NCBI GenBank assembly: GCA_001179505.1
Contig: CDMY01000488.1
Coordinates: 248,001 to 312,000, forward strand
Reading direction: 5' to 3'
DNA from: Vitrella brassicaformis CCMP3155
Taxonomy: Eukaryota > Protista > Chromerida
DNA: 64,000 nt
A program made the position numbers and the translations under genes. Shown here one piece after another: positions 51,463 through 63,097 of this stretch (the first letter of the stretch is position 1; each line of letters starts with the position of its first letter). Under the pieces are notes generated by a model. That model searched no databases. It worked only from the letters and a program-made list of their open reading frames with translations, and had not been told where the DNA came from.

Positions 51463-53460
51463 TCATCCTTCTCCCGCCGTGGTGGACGGGGCCACGGACT
51501 CCTGGATCGATGCCGCCGACGACGTGGCAGGCAGTGTGGTGGGCGGCCCCTGTGGTGTGGGGCTTTCCGGTTGACCAGTGGTAGTGGCTGCCTGTGGCTG
51601 GGGGCCTTCTGACTCGGGCTGCTCCTCGGTGGTGGCGTCGACCGACGACCCGGCCGCCGCTTCCGATGCACTGCTGGCGGATGGGCCGCCCTGCCCTTGG
51701 CCCTGGTCGTCGGCGCCGTTGCCGCCTGCGGGGTGCAGGTGCAGCGACGCTGGCATCCTGCTCAGGCCGTATCACTGAGTGAGACACACCATAGACAGCA
51801 GCACAGAGGAAGACTTCCTTGAGGGCGGCTGTAAGGGCCGACTTGGCTTACCAGCTCTGGGTAGGGTGGTCTTGATCTGAATGGCGTTGAATCTGCGTCT
51901 CATGTCGGTGGGATGGTCGGGGTCCTGACAGACAGACACAGACAGACAGAGACAGAAAGCGGCATCCTTGCCACACCTGTCCGTCAGGTGTGGCTCACTC
52001 ACTGACCGGTTGGATTGGGTACACCGGATGAAGGCGGGGTCTATCTCCTCCATGAACGAAGAATTTGAAATCATACTCGGCGATGCGACGAGGCACCGCA
52101 TGCACGAAGCACCTGCATGAACGACAGACAGACAGACAGACAGACAGAGTGCACTGTCTATGTGTTTGCTCTCTGTGTTGTGGTTGCCTACTTTCGGCTG
52201 CGGCACCATTTCATCCTCACTGGGTCTTGCCACGGCGTGGCGGACCGTCTTGCGTCAACCTCCTCCGGTGTGTCTCTTCCCCCATATTTTGGTCCCCCAT
52301 CATTTTCAACGATCCTCACGCTGATGTCGACGGTCTTCCCGTCCTGGTCCCACACAAACACGACCTTGTCCTTCTCTTTCTTCCCTAGCTCCCGAGCAAT
52401 ACGCGCCCGCCACAATCGCTGGATGTCGGTGGCCCCAATGTCGCGAGACTTCATGATCCCTATAATCTGCCACCATCGGTCCACGGCAGCCACAAACAGG
52501 TGAGGCGGTGCCATCGACGTCTGTGTGTGTGTGTGTCGGGTGCTGGCTGACTGACCATGATTTCTTTTTCCAGCCATCTCATGGTCAGGACGCGACGCCG
52601 GCAGGCTTGGATGTGTGTCTGCGGGTGGGAAAAGGTCAACAAGGGTTCCTTCATGTGTGTGTGGACGAGCCAGGCCCAGCCGCCACCCGCTCACCGCCTT
52701 GTCGTATCTCCGTTTCTGGATATTCTTGAGCTCCCTTTCGGATTTCGCCACTTATCGCCCTTTGAAACCTTCATTTCACAGACAGACAGACAGACGTGGC
52801 GGTGCGGTCTCGGCTGTCTGTCTGACTGACCTCTGTAGAGGCTCTGTATCTTGAGTGCCTTTGGCGTCACGGCAGCCTCATAGGCGAGACGGGCTTTCCG
52901 GTAGCGGCGGACGCTGCGGCTGAACAAGCCCCTGGCGCAACGCTGAATTGTGACCTGCACGGACCACCCAACAAACACAGCAAACACACGGCCGCCCCCT
53001 TGACGTGTGTGAAGAGCCACTCGTCCCGTCCCGTCTCCCTCCACTACTCACCGCAGCTAAGTCCATCACCACCGCCCTCATGAGGCGGGATTTGCGGCCA
53101 ACACGCGGCCCCGTGGTGGCTGACGCGGCTGCTGCTGCTGCTGTGGTTGTGGTTGTGGTAGTGGCGGTTGTTGATGCCGTGCGCTCTGAGCCTGGGGATC
53201 GGCCGTCGGAAGGGTCGGAGTGGCCGACATGCTCCTGGTCGGAGTGGCCGACCTGGTCACTGTCAAGGGGATGGGCCAGCCCCCGTAGGGAGCCCCTGCA
53301 TGAGGAAGCACCGACAGATGGGCGGAGACACAGACCAAGGGAGACAGAGGCAGATGGATTGATGGGTACTTCGGTGGCCGCCTCTTTCTGTCAGACCTGA
53401 CGAAGTGTTTCAGGCAGTCCACAAACGCCGGAATGTCCTCCGGCGGAACCTGCAGCCGAA
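51463..53460 (-). pseudogene. IQ-motif (x4) + CBM48/AMPK-beta-like domain protein with an internal nonsense codon; 5' end not found
   Basis: IQ motifs AA|VTIQRCARGLFSR, ALKIQSLYR|GFKGR*, KA|THIQACRRR and ATDIQRLWRARIAR. Then VVFVWDQDGKTVDISV...PVRMKW...K|CFVHAV...YDFKFFV...|DPDHPTD...NAIQI, which resembles the AMPK-beta carbohydrate-binding module. TAA at 52752-52754 where the duplicate has CAA. Confidence 0.6.
52486..53083. repeat. ~600-bp local segmental duplication, copy A (three IQ exons plus introns)
   Basis: High nucleotide similarity to 56720-57322, introns included, in the same orientation. Confidence 0.92.
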
Positions 53461-53980
53461 AGGCCTGCGAGACACAACACACACACATGCAGTATGTCGG
53501 TGCGGTCGGGTATGGCGCGTCATGGACCCCCCTCCCAAGGAAGGGCTGCTCAGCTCACGGTGGTGGCCGTCGCAGTGCTGCCTACTTCCACCCTGACACC
53601 ATCACAAGGGCACAAGGAAACAACGAAATGCCTCACGCACTCTCCCACCGCCCAGGCATACCACCCCCTCTTCCCTCCCTCCAAGCCCAAAAATCAGTTT
53701 GTACGCCCCTCCCCCCTCTCTGCCCCACTCGTCCCTCTGCCTGTTGTGTGTGTGGCCACCCACTTGATGTAGGAGGAGCCAAAACGCGCCGACTCCTGCA
53801 GCCGCTCCGGGCTGTCCTCAACTTCGACCCCACTCATTGACTCACTCAGAGTGGGGAGGTACTGATTGCTTGAAGGCGTAGAAACAACTTGAAGGCAGCG
53901 AACAATAGAATCTCGAGCTTGCGAGCTGGAGGGGGCGAGGTGGGGGCTCCCGTCTCGAGCCTGAGGTCCCTTCGCAGAAA

Positions 53981-54100
53981 GAGGTCACATGGAGGCAGAC
54001 GGATGAGCTGCGGGACGCCTGGGGCTTCGACGGCTTCGTTGTGAGCGACTGTGACGCCATCAATGACATGAATGGCAGTCACCGCTTTGTCAATGCGGTC
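53981..54100 (+). pseudogene. Orphan fragment of a glycoside hydrolase family 3 gene (catalytic nucleophile motif)
   Basis: Translates EVTWRQTDELRDAWGFDGFVVSDCDAINDMNGSHRFVN, matching the GH3 consensus LLTDxLRxxWGFxGxVVSDCxAI (nucleophile Asp at 54047-54049). No other GH3 exons were recognised nearby. Confidence 0.7.
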
Positions 54101-55199
54101 TCTATGAAGGCTGATGAGTGGTGGGAAGGGCAAGGGGGAGAGGGTGACAGTGAGTGGATGTGTGTGTGTGTCTCCATGCATCTACAGGCTGAGCGCCGCG
54201 TTGGGCACTGGATGGGCGACACTGCATGCCGGCACGCCATTGCAGCCCTGCCGTCGCCGAGCAACCAAGTGGCATTATTGATTCATTCTACCTTGTTATG
54301 TATAGCTATAGACCGACCCGAGTTGAAGCTTGGTGTTTGTGTGACATCTCAGCACACAGAGGCAACGGGCCGCCACACGCACAAACAACTGTCTGTAAGT
54401 GAGGCGCATCGTCCTCGGAAAAACCCTACTCACTGCCACTAAGAACTCGGGCTGTGCCATTGGTCAGTCTGTCTGTCGGGCTATCGGCCACCCGTCCGTT
54501 GGCTACTCATCATGACACAGTCGATTGGTATACACATGACGTCATACGGATGAAGGAGAGGAAGAGATATACATATATACAGGTCAATGCACGTGTGGAC
54601 GTGCTCGTACTGGACGGATGTGATGAGAGAGAGGAGACATCCATCCAGCCACTCGCCCACCCAACACACACACTCAAACAGACAGACATAGACAGACAGA
54701 CAGACAGACAGACCCATGGCAGCCAGCAGAGAAGGGGTAAAGCAGTGAGCAGCGAAGAGAATGGTCACCACGACCCACACAGACCACCCATGGACTCCGT
54801 GTGCATCGAACAGCCAGGCAGCCAAGCAGCCAGGCAGCCAGTCAGGCAGGCAGGCAGGCAGATACCACCGCCACCGTCCAAACCCGACAGACACAGAGAA
54901 CACGGCCAGGGACATTGTGGTAAAGCCATTGCTCTCTCCCCTCTCCCTCTCAATGTGCACTCACTGGCGAAGCCAAATGAACACACTTCATCCATTCATC
55001 TGCACAAGCAGCTCATGGCCATCCATCCATGACTCCACGTGCCATCGCAGTCCACGGACACCACAAACGCAAAACAGAATGGCAGTCAGCCAGCCACTGT
55101 TTGTCTGGAGAATGAGTAGCGAATTGATAGGCAGACTCGCCGTGTGAGCCATTGAGATGTCTATGCAGTGCGGCCACCAGCAGTTCCTCCGCTATCACC

Positions 55200-57468
55200 T
55201 TACCTGACACACACGTCGACAGCCACAAGTCGGAGGGACAGACAGACAGACAGACAGACACCATTGCGTACGTCTTGTCGGCACCGCCCGCTTGTGTCGG
55301 GAGTGGTTGATGCATACCTCGGCAGGAATGTCGGTTGACCTGCCGGTGTCTTGTCGAAGAGCTCCGCTGCGATGACTGGCCCCAGCACCAAACGCGCCAG
55401 CTGAGCGGTCTCTCGGAAGCGGTTCTGAAAGGTCCAGATCGGACCAATCAACGGATCCCGATCCGGCTCGGTCGTCTCAGCTAAAACCTGCACTGCAGAC
55501 GAATGACAGGACGGCACAGCAGATGAGTGTAAGTATTGCACCCTCTCTTGGTGAGCTGCGCTGTGCTGCGCTGACCGTAGGTGCCGATCCGTGATATCCG
55601 AAGCCAGGCGACGAATGGGTGGCTGGCGTCTGTCAGGACGAGACGACGCTCAAATATGCCGGTGGTAGGGCTGCAGAATGATGCGGTTGTACTGCAGCCC
55701 TCGACTGGTGTGTGGGGGGACTGCGACAGGATGGTGTTCAACAGCTGGTTCTCGTCCACACCCCTGCATGACCGATGAACAACACACCGATGTACTCACT
55801 CGGTTGTCGCAACGATGCCCACCCAGAGGGATGCCCGCCTTACCTTCCCAGCAGATGGAAAGTGAGAGTCGTCAAAGCCGATTGGGTCGACTTGAAATAG
55901 TCGAGGATCTTGTTCTTGACCAGCGACGACGCAGACGAGTAGTCACGAGGAAGATGCGACCGCCAGCCATGAGCGCCGTACACGATTGGGCTCCGGGTGG
56001 GTGGGTCGTGGTCCTGCCGATGCTGCTCGTAGAGGTGGTCGGGAGGGAGGGTCGGTTTGGTCGTCAGCTCGAAGCCATCCTGGTCCCGGATGGCCCGCAC
56101 TGTGTGGCCGCGGTGGAACAACTGGAAGCTGATGTCGTTGCCGAAGTTGATGTGGCGGCCGACCACCGTGAGCTGAGCCAACACACGCGGGAGGGCCAAA
56201 TACACCTGCACACACAACACACGACCACGGCACACACACGGGGATTGCCATTCATTCCTCCCTCCCTCCCTGGTCGGCTTACGCCTTTGTTTGGGAATTG
56301 GTGCAGGTCGGCCGAAGTGATCCTCACAGGCAGCTGGCAGATGCCACACTGCGCCGCCAGCGCAATCACCTCGCCCGTCTCCTCCCGCACGGCCGCCTCG
56401 GCCTCCGCCTCCGTCACACACACGGCGGCCAGCAGGCCACCCTCATCTATCTGGTCGTCGAATGTCAGCAGCTCCACCACATTCCCATTGACCGTCCGTC
56501 GCGGCAAGGGCTTTGTGCTGAGTGTGTGTCTGAGCCGCAGCCGCAGCTCATCCACGCCGAAGAAGTCCCTCACCCAGCGGCAGGTTGCTCTGAGCTGCAG
56601 TATGTCCTCGGCCTGCAGCAGGAATGCGCTGCGCCGGCTGGCCGGGGAGGCTGCGGGCGGGACGCAAAGGTACCACAGGGAATGCCACAGCTGCTGCTGC
56701 TCCTGAGCAAGGCGTCAACGCAGCCACAAACAGAAGAGGGGGTGCCATCGACGTCTGTGTGTGTCGTGTGCTGGCTGACCGACCCGGAAACGTTTCAGCC
56801 ATCTCATGGCTAGGTAGCGACGGCAGCAGGATTGGATGTGTGTCTACGGGTGGGAAAAGGTCAACAAGGGGGTTGCTTCATGTGTGTGTGGACGAGCCAG
56901 GCCCAGCCGCTACCCGCTCACCGCCTTGTCGCATCTCCGTTTCTGTATGTCCTTGAGCTCCCTTTCGGATTTTGCCACTTGTCGCCCTTTGTAACCTTCA
57001 TTTCACAGACAGACAGACAGACACAGACGTGGCGGTGCGGTCTCGGCTGTCTGTCTGACTGACCTCTGTAGAAGCTCTGTATCTTGAGTGCCTTTGGCGT
57101 CACGGCAGCCTCATAGGCGAGAAGGTCCTTCCGGTAGCGCTTTATTCTGCGGCTGAACAAGCCCCTGGCGCAACGCTGAATTGTGACCTGCACGGACCAC
57201 CCAACAAACAAACACAGCAAACACACGGCCGCCCCCTTGACGTGTGTGAAGAGCCACTCGTCACGCCCCATCTCCCTCCACTGCTCACCGCAGCCAGGTC
57301 CCTGTCCATCACCGCCGTCATGCAGATCTGCCGAGAGCGGCAGATGGGCGAGATAGGAGGCGGCGGATGGCCTGACCGGAGAAGACGCGCTGTTGCTTGG
57401 TGTTGCTCGTCTGCTTGACAGGTGCGATGACCACCTGACACCTCAGGGGGTCGAGTCTGAGCTCGCAT
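55200..57468 (-). CDS. Chimeric protein: three IQ motifs + F-box-like segment + lineage-specific domain
   Basis: Exon 1 is 57468-57289 (60 codons). IQ exons VTIQRCARG, KIQSFYR|GYKGRQ and THIQSCCRRY. Phase-0 junction to EQQQLW...FLLQAEDILQLRATCRWVRDFF (F-box-like). Then CQLPV, RHINFG, VRAIRDQDGFE, SQSPHTPVEGC, VLAETTEP. Stop TAA at 55202-55200. All junctions GT-AG, no lesion seen. Confidence 0.72.
55243..55328 (-). repeat. ~80-bp dispersed repeat (copy 2), forms the 5' part of the last intron of the chimeric gene
   Basis: The reverse complement ttcctgccgag|gtatgcatcaaccactcccgacacaagcgggcggtgccgacaagacgtacgcaatggtgtctgtc matches 34491-34573. Confidence 0.85.
56720..57322. repeat. ~600-bp local segmental duplication, copy B
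   Basis: Matches 52486-53083. Similarity ends at gcagccacaaacag, inside an intron. Confidence 0.92.
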
Positions 57469-57546
57469 GGCAGAAGGGGAGAAAAGAGATGAGCAAAGGC
57501 GGCAGCCCTCTCCAGGCAAGCCAAAGCACACAATAAAAAGCACAAT

Positions 57547-57952
57547 ATGTCGTTCTCTCACGACGCCTCATGCCTTATCGGTGTGCAGGACCGTGGCCGC
57601 CTCTCTTCGTTTGCTCGGTCGTCGAACAGCAACTCGGGCGAGGCCGACAACGATGACGCCAAGTCCCTCTCGACCGAATCAATGCCTTCACTTGGTGAGC
57701 GATTCATCATCCCATGCATGTGCCATGATGATCACGCCCTCGTGCCATGTGTCCATGAGTAGTGGAGGACAACGAGCCCATCATGAGCCCGGCGTCCCTG
57801 TTTTGTTGGCGACGAGACGAGCCCAATCCGCAGGACGATCAGTCATCGCCTGAAGTCGACTCTCTCGGCTTCCACTACACCTTCCCCTCACTCATCAGCC
57901 GTGAGCCACGCGCAACACAACACCTGTACACGCATGGCGGCAGGGGACGTCA

Positions 57953-57983
<31 letters not shown>

Positions 57984-59475
57984 GTGTCTGGTGTCAGTGA
58001 TGCACACGAGCTACTATGGCGGTCTCGCGTCGAGTGCGTCGGGTGCTGGGCCTGCTGCTGCACCTCCTGCCGCCGCTGCAGCTGCAGCTGCAGCTAATCC
58101 TGGTGTGGCGAGTGGCTCTGATGGCGAGGACAACAAGTCCGACTCGGACGACGATGTGTGAGTTGAGAGAGGAGGAGGGAGGGAGGGAGGGAGGGAGGGA
58201 GGAGTGGGGCAATGGTGTGGCGTTTGTCTGCGTGTATGGATGCAGCCCTGAGTTGGAGACCATCACTGACGAGTTGGATAACGAGGAGTGGGCACCGCAG
58301 CAGCCGGGTGACGATAGTGACGATAGCGGAGAGGACGACCACGGTCACGACGATGACCATGACGACCGCCAGGACGGTACGCCCAAACACAGAGAAGGAG
58401 TCAGTCGATGGTGGCTGAATGCATGCCTCTGTGTGTCTGCGTCTCTCGTCTCAGCTGACGATGGCTCCTCTGATATCGAGAAGTCGACAGTCGAAGAGGT
58501 GTCCACCGGTCAGCGTGAGAGCTCCCTTGGCGGTCAACTTAGTGGCGTCAGTGGCGGGAGCGTTGGCAGTGTGGATGTGGTGGGCGGGCAGTCGCCGGGG
58601 TCCAGCGGTGCTGGTGTTAGTGTTGGTGGTGTTGGTGAGAAGTCTTTGGCCATTGTGCCGAGCCGCGCGTCGGCCGCTCGCGACACCCCTGCCTGGGCCC
58701 CGTGCCCGACATACACGAGTCAGTTCCCCAGCCTGCCGTCGGTTCTGTCGAGGTCCGCATGCACACGGGCAGAACGATGCACGCGCTCACATGAGGACTG
58801 TTGTGTCTGTTTGTATGTGTCAGTTTCAACAATCGTCCTCGCGTGTTGGGTCCCTCCATAGACGGAAGGCGTGGCCTGGGCAGACGTAAGAGGCACAAAG
58901 GCCAAGGGAGGGAGGGAGGGAGGGAGGGAAGCCGACAACGCCCCTGATGCGGGAGGCCACTCGGCTGCTGTGTGTGGTGTGGCGTGATCGGTCAGGCTTC
59001 CCTTTGAGCATCACTGACGGCGGTGGTCCGTCCCTTCCCACCCCTAGCAGGCCGTCTGCCATCGCACCTGCACCTAGCCGTAGACCCGTAAGCAGCAGCC
59101 ACACATACACGCATGGCAGACCACAACACGCCCTCCTGCATGCCCCTGTCACCATCAGGTTGTGACACCGAGTCCGCGTATCGAGGATGTCGAGGATGAG
59201 CAGGATTCAGACGACGACATGCCGTCGTTGGTGTCGGACGACGAGCCCATCACGGCCTACACCGCACCGAGGTACTCCAGGTACTACAGCCACGCCAATC
59301 CGCAGGAGGGAACCGACCGGCTGATGGGCCTTCCCGTACACGTGAGTACAATAAATAGTAGACCACACACTGACTCTGCTATCCCATTCGTTCGTTCGTT
59401 CGTTCGTCCTTGTGTGTGTGTGTGTGGATGGGTCCAATGCAGGTGTTCTTCTTCCCGCCGTGGGCCGAGCTCTAA
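57547..59475 (+). CDS. Acidic, low-complexity (probably disordered) hypothetical protein, ~8 exons
   Basis: Canonical junctions join D/E/S/G-rich exons (NDDAKSLSTESMPSL|VVEDNE..., DSDDDV|PELETITDE, DSDDDMPSLVSDDE) and end |VFFFPPWAEL* at TAA 59473-59475. The start codon and one middle junction are uncertain. Confidence 0.55.
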
Positions 59476-59554
59476 ACAGAACGATAGATAGTCGACAGAC
59501 GGACCGGCAGACGCGTGGTGCTTCCCTGTGTGTGTTGGGGGGGGGGGGGGGGGG

Positions 59555-59854
59555 NNNNNNNNNNNNNNNNNNNNNNNNNNNNNNNNNNNNNNNNNNNNNN
59601 NNNNNNNNNNNNNNNNNNNNNNNNNNNNNNNNNNNNNNNNNNNNNNNNNNNNNNNNNNNNNNNNNNNNNNNNNNNNNNNNNNNNNNNNNNNNNNNNNNNN
59701 NNNNNNNNNNNNNNNNNNNNNNNNNNNNNNNNNNNNNNNNNNNNNNNNNNNNNNNNNNNNNNNNNNNNNNNNNNNNNNNNNNNNNNNNNNNNNNNNNNNN
59801 NNNNNNNNNNNNNNNNNNNNNNNNNNNNNNNNNNNNNNNNNNNNNNNNNNNNNN
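59555..59854. other. Assembly gap (300 N) between poly-G runs
   Basis: G homopolymers on both flanks. Confidence 0.95.
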
Positions 59855-60664
59855 GGGGATGTGTGTGTCTTGAGACATGCACGCACACATCCACACGCGC
59901 GTGTAGTGTAGGAGGTGGTTGTTAGCCTACATGTGGCTGCCAAGCCAGGGGAGAGGGAATGGATGGGGGGAGTGGGATGCCTAAAGGGTAGAGGGCTGAC
60001 AGGCCCCGCCCCGCCCCGCCTTGCCTGTCTGCGTACGCTTTTGCAGATCGCTTTGCCTTGCCTAATGAAATGCCCGTGAGGGCATTTTGCACGCTCGTGA
60101 CTGACTGGATGTGGGCGCAGCGCTTGATGGCTGGGTCGATGGATGGTTGCTCGCAGTGATGTGAGGCGAAGTGAAGCACGGCGGAGTGAGCCCGAAAAAC
60201 ACCCGGTTGAGTGCTATGTAGATCTATCCTGGGGGGCGGGTTGCTGCTTAATCTGTCTCAGGATGGATGGATGGATGAGCGAATGCGTGATATAATGACT
60301 TGGTGACGTCTGCTTGCCCGTGATGCGCAGCCAGCCGATCGATACAGTCAGTCAGTCAGTGCCTAGCGAGACTTCTATCGCAGTGAGCACAATGAATTAG
60401 AGTCTGACCGAGGCACTCGCTCACACAATCCATTCGACGGCACCTCAAAAGCAACCAGACCGCCTCACGTGTGTGCAGCCACGGACAAGGCGAGTGGGTC
60501 TTTGTGAGATGAGTGTATGTGTGTGCGGGTTCACTGGCTGTCGATCGAAAAGAGACACGCAGGCGTGGATAGTGAAGTCCGTCCATCGCTCGCAACTCAG
60601 TCTGTCGTCTTTGTACATGGCTATGTCTAAAGCTGCCGTGGCGTCACCCTTGCACCTCTCTCAG

Positions 60665-61781
60665 TCAGCCCGACTTCACCTGAGGAGCACACACACAGCC
60701 ATCCATCCATCCATCCGTCCGTCTATCATCCTGGTTGGGTTCTGTCTGATGCTCGCCCACACCATTCACGCCAGCCACCAACACACCCACCTGGTAGATA
60801 GCGATCTCCTTTGCGGTGAAGTGCCAGGCCGCCGCCAGTGTGCCCTGGTTCTCGTGGTTGAATTGGCCCAGGTAGCCGTTGTCGGGCAGGTCCGCCTCCT
60901 CCACAAAATGGCAGCAGCGCCGAATGTCATGTGACGGACGGGGAGTGCCGAAACAGAGCCACAAATACCCACGGCCCAAAGTCAGCTGCACACATGAGAT
61001 GGCAGCCAGTCAATTAGTCAGTCTCATTGCAATGACACCAATTGTGTATACCCGCCACCCACCTTGCCGCGGTAGTCCATATTGGTGGCCTTGAGGGAGC
61101 CGTCACGGCCGGCGACCTCCACCCACTGCCGGTGCTTGGGGAGGGGCACCTTGGTGGGCTGGCCATATGCACCGCTGATGGAAATGAAGAAGGTCGGCGC
61201 GGGATAGTAGTTGGCCCGGGTGGGGTCGGCGGGCGACTTGAGTTGGTCCCCGACGAATGCTCCAAATCGGTGTGTGTCGTTGTGGTTGACGAGGAAGAGC
61301 AGACCGCTCGCGTCGCCCACCTTGTCGAGCAGCGTGCCGAAGTCACCACCGTCACGCGTCGAACTGACAGGAAGGGAAAAGCAAGACGTCATATCCTGGA
61401 GAGTCGCAACAGATCAGCTGCTCTGCTCACCTGTAGAGGAGTGTGGGTGTTGGGTTGGGTATGTCTATCATGGCCAGCACCTCCCGCGTCTCGTCAGTGT
61501 TGAGCATGGGTGAGAGAGGCCGCTGAAGATCCTCCATCTTGAGGCCATACATCTCTACATCTTTCTGTGCACACACACACACGCAGACAGACACACAGTG
61601 CACATGGCGGTTTGCACCCGTGCTCAAGGGACCTTCAACTGAGCGAGGTGCTTGGGCTTGGCCGTGGGCTTCTTGACCACACGACCCGACCGGGTCTCGA
61701 ATCGCTGTCTACGGGCAAAATCCACCACCTTCACCACAGACAAAGGACATCGGAAAAGTGATACAGACGTGTCCTTTTCCC

Positions 61782-61819
<38 letters not shown>

Positions 61820-62960
61820 TGTGACTGTGTGTCACCTTCATGAAGTGCTCAACGGACGTCTGCCGAATGGGTGCATCCCCCTGCACCACCTCGCCACTGC
61901 ACATCTCGCGCCCAAATGAAAAGGCAACACAATGCGTCCATCCAGCCGCAATGTGTGTGCGGTGGAGTGCCTTAAGCTGACCTGAATCGTCTGTAGAGGA
62001 GGCTGTTGGGTCCCAGCCGCGCTAGCGTCGCCTCGGTGGTCGACACCGTCTGCTGGGAGATGGTGACGCTCCTGACGGTGTGGTTGCTGCCGTCGTCTGC
62101 CCGGAGGAATGGCCCCATCGCCGCACCGAATCCCTCCAAATCCACCACCGCTTTCTCCAACGCCGTCGCCGCATCGGTGTAGCTCTTCACGTACTCACGC
62201 AGCCGACTGCCGCCATCCCCTGCCCCCTGCCCAATGGCATCTCCCTCCTCCTTATTGCCCTCCGCCACCCCTCCGTTGTCCATGTCGACGTCCGCCGGTC
62301 GCACGTTGATGTCGAGCGATGTCTTGGTGAGGAACAGCTCGTGGTAGCATGCGAAGGTGGGGTCGTTCTTCTGTGTGTCGTCCAACTCGATCTCATACTC
62401 CTCGCCCTGGGCGTCAGCACCCTCAACGAGATAAATCTCGTCTACCAACCTGAAGAGCACAAAGGAGAGCAAAGGGTACACAATGAGCGCAATCTAAACG
62501 GACGTGCATTCCTTCCCGCCTACCACTTGACGTAGCCGGGGTCAGCGTCCAGGAATGGCCGGCCCTCCTCATCGCGGGGCAGCGCGTCCACACAGTACAG
62601 CAGCAGATGGGCCAAGTAGGTGTGCCGGATCTGATCCAGCATCAGCCCCTTGCGCGACACACCCACCACCCGCCCGCCCACATTCAGAGCCACCTCCCCC
62701 TCGATGCTGCCCGTCAGCTCCAGCTTGCCTCCTGTGGCCTCGATGAGCTCTTTGATGGCCTCGGCTTTGCTCTGCAGCTGCTGGCGGGCACTCCTGGCCG
62801 CATTCTCGATGGCGAGGAGGACGGCGATGGTTTTGTGCAGCACCCTATCGAGCGACTGGCGACCGATATGGGGGGAGGGGGGCTGCTGGTCATCGTCATC
62901 TTGCTGCCCGGCAGCCGCCGCGGCAGCGTCGCCCTCTGCCTTGCGCTTCTTGGCGAGCAT
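60665..62960 (-). CDS. KCTD-type BTB/POZ (probably two) + C-terminal TLDc domain protein
   Basis: BTB: VALNVGGRVVGVSRKGL...TYLAHLL...PRDEEGRPFLDADPGY. Second BTB-like: VTISQQTVSTTEATLARLGPNSLLYRRF...HFMK|VVDFAR. TLDc: LLY|STRDGGDFGTLLDKV...LLFLV...HRFGAFV...FFISISG...FTAKEIAIYQ. One junction near 61.9 kb could not be phased by eye. Confidence 0.82.
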
Positions 62961-63097
62961 TTGCGATTATTCAATGCTGCATCCTGAAGCTACACGCATC
63001 GAGGAAAGGACTCCGCGATGAGTCCTGAGCTTCACAGAGAGCGGTTTCACGGAAAAACTAACTCGTCTCCACACCCACACCGCCGCCGTCCTCGTCA

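Noticed and set aside
51726-51775. Apparent frameshift in the last exon of the IQ-CBM48 locus
   Set aside because: An alternative acceptor (ccccgcag, 51726-51728) joins in the natural-looking frame, so no frameshift is needed.
53546-53563. 17-nt match (gctcagctcacggtggt) to the family gene at ~56165 on the opposite strand
   Set aside because: Too short, with no flanking homology; it could be chance.
36251-54100. Possible carbohydrate gene cluster (GT48, CBM48-like, GH3)
   Set aside because: The substrates differ (beta- versus alpha-glucan), two of the three loci look broken, and an unrelated gene lies between them.
57466-57469. Overlapping opposite-strand ATGs on one CATG
   Set aside because: The + strand ORF from 57467 could not be spliced in phase to the downstream acidic exons, and CATG overlaps are common by chance.
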